Positions 10,439 to 19,208 of a DNA stretch of 28,848 bases are shown piece after piece. The DNA comes from Macrostomum lignano (lineage: Eukaryota): assembly GCA_002269645.1 (NCBI GenBank), contig NIVC01003136.1, forward strand, positions 69,891 to 98,738, given 5' to 3'. How positions within the stretch are numbered: position 1 is the first letter of the stretch; each line of letters begins with the position of its first letter. The notes under the pieces are model-generated. The model worked only from the letters and a program-made list of their open reading frames with translations. It did not search any database and had not been told where the DNA came from. The translations under genes were made by a program, and so were the position numbers.

Positions 10439-11233
10439 ATCGACCGCAAGCGCGCCGCCCTGCCCAACTGCCTTGACGTGCGGCAGCCGAACTTCCTGGT
10501 CAGCAGCGCCTGCTACCTCGCACTGAAGAAATTCGTGGCGCAGCGGGCGGACACCAGCGGCTGCCGCAGCCAGTGCGAGCAGCGAGCCTACTCCATCCAG
10601 GTGACCGGGACCAAGTGGCCCCTGCAGAGCAACATCCAGTCCATGGTGAAGATGATGATCAAGTCCAGGCTGGCGGAGCTGGAGGCCGAGTACGGCCGGC
10701 CGATGTACGGCCTGCGCTACATCCAGCAGGTTGACGCGCTGCTGCAGGAGGCCCCAGCTGCCAACGCCAGCTCCGGGGCGGCCGCGCTGATGAAGCCCTT
10801 CAACCATTCGGTGTTCGACAGCGTCCAGATGGACATGAACTCCACGCAGCTCAGCCTGCTGAACAAGCTCAGCAGCATCGTCACCTCGAACTTCGTGAAG
10901 CTGCAGGTGCGCGCGGACTCAAACACGGTGCAGTCAATCATCGAGACGCACAAGTACGCTCTGAGCAACGTCATGAGCGAGATCGGAGGTCTGCTCGGCC
11001 TGTACCTGGGCTGGAGCGCCATGACCTTCGTGGAGCTGCTGCATCTGCTGCATCTCATGTGCCGCTTCGTCTCCTACAGGCTGGCCGGCCGCGCCGGCAG
11101 GGCGGCTGGCGGACCGGCGCCCGACCGAGCCGCGGAGGAGGCGCTCGAAGTGCCGAGTGTCTCCGGCTCGCTGAAGCCGGTGCGCGTGCACCCGGCGGGT
11201 GGGGACAGCGGGGAGAGCAGAATGGCCTGGTAG
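10439..11233 (+). CDS. DEG/ENaC terminal coding exon, copy 2 (795 nt, open frame, no upstream exons of its own)
   Basis: Same acceptor as copy 1; SEIGGLLGLYLGWSAMTFVEL. Confidence 0.88.
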   Translation: MDRKRAALPNCLDVRQPNFLVSSACYLALKKFVAQRADTSGCRSQCEQRAYSIQVTGTKWPLQSNIQSMVKMMIKSRLAELEAEYGRPMYGLRYIQQVDALLQEAPAANASSGAAALMKPFNHSVFDSVQMDMNSTQLSLLNKLSSIVTSNFVKLQVRADSNTVQSIIETHKYALSNVMSEIGGLLGLYLGWSAMTFVELLHLLHLMCRFVSYRLAGRAGRAAGGPAPDRAAEEALEVPSVSGSLKPVRVHPAGGDSGESRMAW

Positions 11234-13119
11234 GTGGGAGATCCGGGATCGGAAAGAAATTCGGGATCTGACAGTCTGGGAGCGGGATTTGGGATCTGAC
11301 AGTCTGGGAGCGGGATTTGGGATCTGAGTCTAGAAGCGGGATTTGTGATCTGACAGCATAGGATCTGGAATTGGAATCTGACAGTCTGGGAGCGGCATCC
11401 GGGATCTGAGAGTCTGGGAGCGGGATCCACGATCTGACAGTCTGGGAGCGGGATCCAGGATCTGACAGTCTGGGAGCGGGATCCAGGATCTGACAGTCTG
11501 GGAGCGGGATCCGGGATCTGAGAGTCTGGGAGCGGGATCCAGGATCTGACAGTCTGGGAGCGGGATCCAGGATCTGACAGTCTGGGAGCGGGATCCAGAA
11601 TCTGACAGTCTGGGAGCGGGATCCAGGATCTGACAGTCTGGGAGCGGGATCCGGGATCTGACAGTCTGGGAGCGGGATCCAGGATCTGACAGTCTGGGAG
11701 CGGGATCCAGGATCTGACAGTCTGGGAGCGGGATCCAGGATCTGACAGTCTGGGAGCGGGATCCAGGATCTGACAGTCTGGGAGCGGGATCCAGGATCTG
11801 ACAGTCTGGGAGCGGGATCCAGGATCTGACAGTCTGGGAGCGGGATCCAGGATCTGACAGTCTGGGAGCGGGATCCAGGATCTGACAGTCTGGGAGCGGG
11901 ATCCGGGATCTGACAGTCTGGGAGCGGGATCCAGGATCTGATATTCTGGGAGCGGGATCCAGGATCTGACAGTCTGGGAGCGGGATCCAGAATCTGACAG
12001 TCTGGGAGCGGGATCCGGGATCTGAGAGTCTGGGAGCGGGATCCGGGATCTGACAGTCGGACAGGATTGCCACCACACTGCACAATACAATTCAAAGAAA
12101 CAACGCTTACAAACTCCCAATGCCCAGAATAGAATGTATTATTCAGTTGCAATGCCTGACACTCGCACACGATATTTCCAGATTTACATGTACCACTACT
12201 GTAACTACATGTAGTAGCACAAAAGTATTGCTAAAATCTTGCACCCGTAAAGCACGCACACAAGTTCGCTGGCACACCCTGATACTGCGATGGCTGGAAA
12301 GCGATTACTTGGCAATCGTGACCCTATCGACTCAATAAGATTAATAATAATTTTCTGCACTGAAGATCCTGCATTAAGCAGAGTATTTTTTGACTTCTAA
12401 ATTTCGATCTCTGTGGACTCATGCACAGTCAGCAGCAATATTTATTTTTAGATAGAACAGGACACAGACGGTTAAATATAGCATTTTATGCATAAATAAT
12501 ATGTACTAATTATATTTACTAATATACGAGTCAGCAAACTACACCAACAGGCGGAAAAAAATTGCACACAGAGAATCTCCTGAGAACGGCTAAGAAATCA
12601 GAAAAAATTTGTCGATAAAAGCGGCATAGATGGCAGTTGACTGACTACAGGCAGGCTGTACAAGTTGTGTGTTGCTCAAAATTGCTAACACATATGACAA
12701 GCAACTACTGAGTGAGTAGTACAGCTGGCGTTTATATACACAAAAACAGCTGTACAATAAGGAGAGAATGACGACGTAATACTCGCTTGATGCAAGCTTC
12801 AGCCCTGACAATGTGAGAGTCAGCTGACCCACCAGCCTGACAATGCCAGAATCAGCTGACCCACCAGCCTGACAATGCGAGAGTCAGCTGACCCACCAGC
12901 CTGACAATGCGAGAGTCAGCTGACCCACCAGCCTGACAATGCGAGAGTCAGCTGACCCACCAGCCTGACAATGCGAGAGTCAGCTGACCCACCTGCCTGA
13001 CATTGTGAGAGTCAGCTGACCCACCAGCCTGACAATGCGAGAGTCAGCTGACCAACCAGCCTGACAATGCGAGAGTCAGCTGACCCACCTGCCTGACAAT
13101 GCGAGAGTCAGCTGACCCA

Positions 13120-15937
13120 TCAGGAGTCGCTGACGGGCAGACTCTGCAGCAGGTCATCCAGCAGCTTGAGCGGCAGGTGCAGCTGCACTTCAATCCAGCA
13201 GGGCGCCTCCCGGATAGTCTTGCGCGGGTAGTCGGGCCCCCAGCCCTTCACGAAGCTCAGACGCAGCTGGCACAGCCGCCGGCGAAGCTCGTCAACAGCG
13301 GCGCCCTGACGACGCGGCCCGGCCGGCAGCGAAGTGAAGGACGAAGAGGTGCTGGATGCCGCGGCGGTGGCCAGGGAGGCGCGGTGGGCCTGGAGAGCCT
13401 GGGTGCGCATCTCCGAGTAGCACTGGCGGATGTCGAAAACCTGACGGGGTGTCGGGACCACAGGTGGGCGCGCGTAAACTGCGCGTTCGAGCATCAACTG
13501 GCTGGAACCACACAGTACACATGCACCAATACCACACAGTACACATGCACTAAAACCACACAGTACACATGCACCAAAACCACACAGTACACATGCACCA
13601 AAACCACACAGTACATATGCACCAAAACCACACAGTACACATGCATCAAAACCACACAGTACACATGCACCAAAACCACACAGTACACATGCACTAAAAC
13701 CACACAGTACTCATGCACTAAAACCACACAGTACTCATGCACCAAAACCACACAGTACACATGCACCAAAACCACACAGTACACATGCACCAAAACCACA
13801 CAGTACACATGCACCAAAACCACACAGTACACATGCACTAAAACCACACAGTACACATGCACCAAAACCACACAGTACACATGCACTAAAACCACACAGT
13901 ACTCATGCACTAAAACCACACAGTACTCATGCACCAAAACCACACAGTACACATTCACTCATACCATACAGTACACATGCACCAATACCACACAGTACAC
14001 ATGCACTAAAACCACACAGTACTCATGCACTAAAACCACACAGTACTCATGCACCAAAACCACACAGTACACATTCACTCATACCATACAGTACACATGC
14101 ACCAATACCACACAGTACACATGCACTAAAGCCACAGAGTACACATGTGTAGTGAGTTGCAAGTGTACTTGTATGCGCCAGTCGCTACAGCGGGGTGGGG
14201 GTTGCTATTGTACAGCATGTACGTGATTTCCACCCACCCCTGTCTCTATCTTTTATACCCAGTTATGTAACAATCGTTGTATCGTATTTAATCTGCGTAT
14301 CGATCTAATAAACGCTAAGAGGCTTCGTCAACTCTCAGTCGTATCTCTCTGCCTTAGTCTACACATGCACTAAAACCACATAGTACACATGCACTAAAAC
14401 CACACAGTACACATGCACTAAAACCACACAGTACACATGCACTAAAACCACACAGTACACATGCACTGAAACCACACAGTACACATGCACTAAAACCACA
14501 CAGTACACATGCACTAAAACCACACAGTACACATGCACTAAAAAAACCATGCGCTTCAGTTCGCAACTTTTATTGGTCAACCAGCGCCAACCTTGATGTA
14601 AGTCCCAGGATAAATCTTGTGCACCAGATCGCCAGACGCTCACCCGGCCTCCCGGTCCAGGAAGGCGGTGCTGACGAACACGGCATGGTCGGAGAGAACC
14701 CGCAGCCAGACGTCTCCGTCGCCAACCAGGCTCAGTTGGACGCCTTTGCCGATGTGCAGCCGGGCGCGCTCGGCCACGTCGCTGCGGTGCACGTTGCTGA
14801 GCTGGCCGAGGCAGAACCGGTGGCTGGAGGACGGGTCCGTGTAGCCGTCAATGGTGACCGTGACCTGCTGGTAGGGCGCCTTGAAGGTGTCGCCGATCTG
14901 AAGGGCGTGATTCGCCGACAATTTGAGAACGTTCGATGAAATCTCCGTGCTATGTAAAGATGGGGATTTCCCATGGGGTGTGTGTACACAGGGGGAGGGG
15001 ATTTCCCATGGGGTGTGTGTACACAGGGGGAGGGGATTTCCCATGGGGTGTGTGTACACAGGGGGAGGGGATTTCCCATGGGGTCTGTGTACACTGGGGG
15101 AGGGGATTTCCCATGGGGTGTGTGTACACAGGGGGAGGGGATTTCCCATGGGGTGTGTGTACACTGGGGGAGGGGATTTCCCATGGGGTGTGTGTACACA
15201 GGGGGAGGGGATTTCCCATGGGGTGTGTGTACACTGGGGGAGGGGATTTCCCATGGGGTGTGTGTACACAGGGGGATGGGGATTTCCCATGGGGTGTGTG
15301 AACACAAGTGGGAGGGGATTTCCCATGGGGTGTGTGTACACAAGGGGGAGCTGGAGGGATTTCCCATGGGGTGTGTACACAAGAGGGAGGGATTTCCCAT
15401 GGGGTGTATACACAAGAGGGAGGGTAGTTCCGAAATGTTGAGGGCTTTCTACTTTCAGATCTATTTCCAATTTAAAGTAAACAATGGTCATACCCGCTCC
15501 GTCTGCTCATAGTAGGAGATGCTGCACCAGAACAGCAGCTGCTGCTGCGGTATCGGCGGCAGCGCCGTCTGCTTCGGCACCGCGGCTGCCCCGGCCGACT
15601 GTTGCTGCGGCATCAGCAGCGGCGGCAGCGGCGGCGAAATTCCCTCGATGCCGCCGTGATCGTCCGTGGGCCCGGAGTCCTCGTCCAGGCTGAGCGACGA
15701 CAGCTCCAGGCCGGTGCAGGCGATGCGCTCGTAGTGGTGCGGGTTCACGCAGACCGCGTCCTGCTTCAGGTCGAAGGCGAACTGGCACTGGCGGGTGTGC
15801 CGCAGCTCGTTCTTGTGCAGGTCCGGCCAGCGCCAGATGCGCGCGTACACCACGTGGGGAAAGCCTTTGCGGCCAGCCACCTGGGGGGAGAGGGGTGGCG
15901 ATTGAGGGATGGACAGACAGTCGGACAGACAGACAGT

Positions 15938-15979
<42 letters not shown>

Positions 15980-15982
15980 GGC

Positions 15983-16018
<36 letters not shown>

Positions 16019-16339
16019 CTGCAGCCGGCCGTCTAGAGTCCTGGGGATGGTGACGCAGATGCCGGGCTGGGCGCCGTTGCTGGTCACCGCCAGGATCAGC
16101 GCGTCCAGCTCGTCGCGCTTGTCCTTGAGCTTTTTCACCAGCGACTCGACCGCCTTCCGGCTGAAGCTCTCGGAATCCGGGCCGCCCTGCCGGTGGCACA
16201 TCAGCGAGTGCACGATGGACAGGCAGGCATCCGATGACGTCACCGGCGACGCGACGCCAACGGCGGAGAATGGAGAGGTCGCGGCGCTGGCAGCTGGGGC
16301 CAGGGACAGCAGCGGCTGCTGCTGCTGCTGACTGGGAAT
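13120..16339 (-). pseudogene. SMAD4: SMAD4 copy 2; exons 16339-16019, 15880-15494, 14897-14592, 13440-13120; frame intact except the in-frame TGA at 14642-14640
   Basis: MH1 and MH2 align to human SMAD4; exon lengths 321/387/306/321, all phase 0; introns at GRLQ|VAG and YIK|VFD match human positions as I recall them. Confidence 0.88.
14148..14363 (+). mobile_element. Solo LTR, duplicated copy
   Basis: TGTAG...CTACA with CATG target-site duplication. Confidence 0.8.
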
Positions 16340-17920
16340 CTGCAGTTGAGGAGAAGGCGGGCATTTCGGCTGCCTATAGAGGTCTGAAGGATGTCTTTCG
16401 AACCATTTGTATGAGCTTACAGAGCCGAGGAGCTGGGAAGGCAGTGGCCCAGCAACTGAGGATTTGGAAGGGTGGCCCAGCAACTGAGGATCTGGGAGAG
16501 CAGTGGCCCAGCAACTGAGGATCAGGGAGAGTAGGGCCCAGCAACTGAGGATCAGGGAGAGTAGTGGTCCAGCAACTGAGGATCAGGGAGAGTAGTGGCC
16601 CAGCACCTGAGGAGCTGGAAGAGTAGTGGCCCAGCACCTGACGAGCTGGGAGAGTAGTGGCCCAGCAACTGAGGATCAGGAAGAGTAGTGGCCCAGCACC
16701 TGAGGATCAGGGAGAGTAGTGACCCAGCAACTGAGGATCAGGGAGAGCAGTGGCCCAGCAACTGAGGATCTGGGAAAGCAGTGGCCCAGCAACTGAGGAT
16801 TCGGAGAGTGGCCCAGCAACTGAGGATCAGAGAGAGTAGTAGTGGCCCAGCAACTGAGGAGCTGGGAGAGTGGTGGCCCAGCCTGAGGATCTGCAGGCCT
16901 TAGCAGAAAATGGACCCCAAAATTGTTTAGAAATCAGAAAGTCCGAGCGGGATAAAATCAAACACGAGAAAAGCGCATTTATTTTTGTTTTAGCCAGCTT
17001 GACGCATTGAGGGGAGACAATTAAGACGGTGCATTTAACAGAATGCTAAGCTAACTAAAAACTTACAGAAATGTCAGCGGTTCAGCAGTGCAAGTGCACT
17101 TGGAATTTTAATTGTAGGGCACAGTGGCGGAGAGTGCTATTGAATATTGTGAGTATAGTGAAGCAGAAGGACCAGTTAGCATTTCAGCATTGAATAATCT
17201 TTCAAATATAAGCACACTGCTTTCGAAGAAACTCATTTGATGTGACTGCGCTTAAAAACTTTTTTAAAGCCCCATTTGTCATGTACATTGCGATGAGGTT
17301 TTTTTTGGGCCGTATGTACACTAGGGGGTAGGGGTTTTGTTAGGCCGTGTGTACACTAGGGGGTAGGCGTTTTGTTGGGCCGTGTGTACACTAGGGGGTA
17401 GGGGTTTTGTTGAGCCATATGTACACTAGGGGGTAGGGGTTTTGTTAGGCCGTGTGTACACTAGGGGTAGGCGTTTTGTTGGGCCGTGTGTACACTAGGG
17501 GTAGGCGTTTTGTTGGGCCGTATGTAATAGGGGGTAGGGTTCATGATAATTAAGGCGTTTCTCTCTGCCACTAAGGCTGCTGTGGAATTTTTAATTTAAG
17601 TTTCATCACGGAAAGGCATCAAAGCTACATTTAGTGAAGGAAAGTACGTCATGCATTTATAATAGTGCATACAAGTTGAATTGCAGACAGTACAAAAGAG
17701 GGAGAGGTGCAGCACAGCTAAACGGGGTTACGCCGACTGCAAGCTGAAAAAAGAGGGTAATAAAAAATTAACAAACTTAATAAATAAAAAAACAGTTTAG
17801 AGAACAAAAGGCACGGATCAGGGTTTAACTAGCAGGGCATGTGATTTATTATGTAGTCACAAACTCGAGAACCGCAAAGGAATGCTCGAATACATAAAAA
17901 AGACATTGAAAAAAACTGAC

Positions 17921-17968
17921 TGGCCCTGTCACAGGTGGCCGAGCAGGTGACAGACACTCCAGGGCCAT
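17921..17968 (-). CDS. Candidate Smad4 copy 2 first coding exon
   Basis: Same as 10108-10155. Confidence 0.3.
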
Positions 17969-18461
17969 CGGACGGAGTAAAATTTACAATTTTTTAATTA
18001 CAAAAACGAGGTGCAACAATGTGCACTGGATAAATTTGCTCCATCAAAATAGGGAGCAGTGATGATTAGTAAATATGGATACGAGGCGATTAAGTATATT
18101 AGTTCAACGGCCTGCGCATCTAGGTGCTACGCTGATATGCAGCGGCAGTCGCAACACACTGCTGCTAGTAGAAAAAGACCAGTGCGAGCCAGTAGTGAGA
18201 AAAACGGATAGCAAAAAAACACAAAAGACAGCAAAGGCTGTAGAAGCAAACTAAGCAATCAATAACTAAATGAACTGAAGAGCGAAATAGTTTGCCAAAT
18301 TAGTACGGGTGGACAAAGTCAGTCACGGGAGCTGGCACAGCACTAGGTAATTAGCGGTTAAAATAGAAAAGACTATATTAAATATCTAAACACCGCGTCA
18401 GCCAATCAGAATAGAGACTCAGCAATAAACCAATCAAAATCATTTCAAACCTGCCGATTCA

Positions 18462-18467
18462 TTTATT
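18462..18467 (-). terminator. Candidate PCM1 polyadenylation signal AATAAA
   Basis: TTTATT on + strand, first such hexamer past the 3' array. Confidence 0.4.
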
Positions 18468-18512
18468 CACTATACTAAAATGAGTTGATTCTATCTTAAG
18501 AATTATATTCTA

Positions 18513-18812
18513 AAGCCTAGCCAATCAGAATCAAGCCTAGCCAATCGGAATCAAGCCTAGCCAATCAGAATCAAGCCTAGCCAATCAGAATCAAGCCTGG
18601 TCAATCAGAATCAAGCCTAGCCAATCAGAATCAAGCCTAGCCAATCAGAATCAAGCCTATCCAATCAGAATCAAGCCTAGCCAATCAAAATCAAGCCTGG
18701 TCAATCAGAATCAAGCCTAGCCAATCAGAATCAAGCCTAGCCAATCAGAATCAAGCCTAGCCAATCAGAATCAAGCCTAGCCAATCAAAATCAAGTCTAG
18801 CCAACCAGAATC
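18513..18812. repeat. 20-bp minisatellite AAGCCTAGCCAATCAGAATC, ~15 units, in the PCM1 3' region
   Basis: Direct reading. Confidence 0.95.
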
Positions 18813-18876
18813 ACACAATTTAGAATGTAGTCAAGTCAAAAGCCAGCCAATCAGAACAAAGCCAGGGCGCAGCCAA

Positions 18877-19208
18877 TCAGGACTCAGTCTCCTCAGCCGT
18901 GGCGTCCTTCAGCGTGACCGTGACGAAGCCGTTGTTGCTCTTGCCATCAGCCGAGGACACCTCGTACTGGTCGGCGTCGGCCGCGGCCGAGCCAACTAGG
19001 CCAGCCCCGTTCTCGGCCCGACCAGCGTCTCCAGCATCTCGGAGCGCAAGTCGGCAGCTGGTGGCGACTCTCCGCCATCGCCGCTGCCGCTGCCGCCGTC
19101 GCCAGTCTCAGCCTCGACTGCCTGAGCAGCCTGGACCTGAGGCCGCTTCTCGCTAGGCCGCTGCGCGTCCTTCTCCTCGGCGTCGATTACCGCGGCCACC
19201 GCGGTGAG
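18877..19208 (-). CDS. PCM1: PCM1 last exon; needs +1 nt at ~19018 to read to TGA at 18879-18877 (otherwise stops at 18996)
   Basis: ccgccag|CTCACC acceptor; the acidic frame ENGAGLVG...TAEETES* continues after a short G run. Confidence 0.6.

Larger units (their letters stand above)
10330..18103. repeat. Tandem segmental duplication, unit 2; repeats all arrays of unit 1 (10330-10410, 11264-12058, 12804-13119, 13507-14546, 14962-15424, 15912-16018, 16427-16892, 17306-17540)
   Basis: Matches 2520-10290. Confidence 0.97.

Noticed and set aside
13120-13135. C-terminal VSDS resembling the R-Smad SSxS phospho-motif
   Set aside because: MH1 and MH2 are clearly co-Smad type; the motif is not SSxS and is probably chance
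14640-14642. Selenocysteine reading of the Smad4 TGA
   Set aside because: The aligned residue is Arg, not Cys, and I recognised no SECIS; a CGA>TGA transition is simpler
15507-16364. 285-aa alternative-frame ORF starting MPAFSS over Smad4
   Set aside because: Wrong frame for Smad homology and runs through an intron; at most a uORF-like ATG
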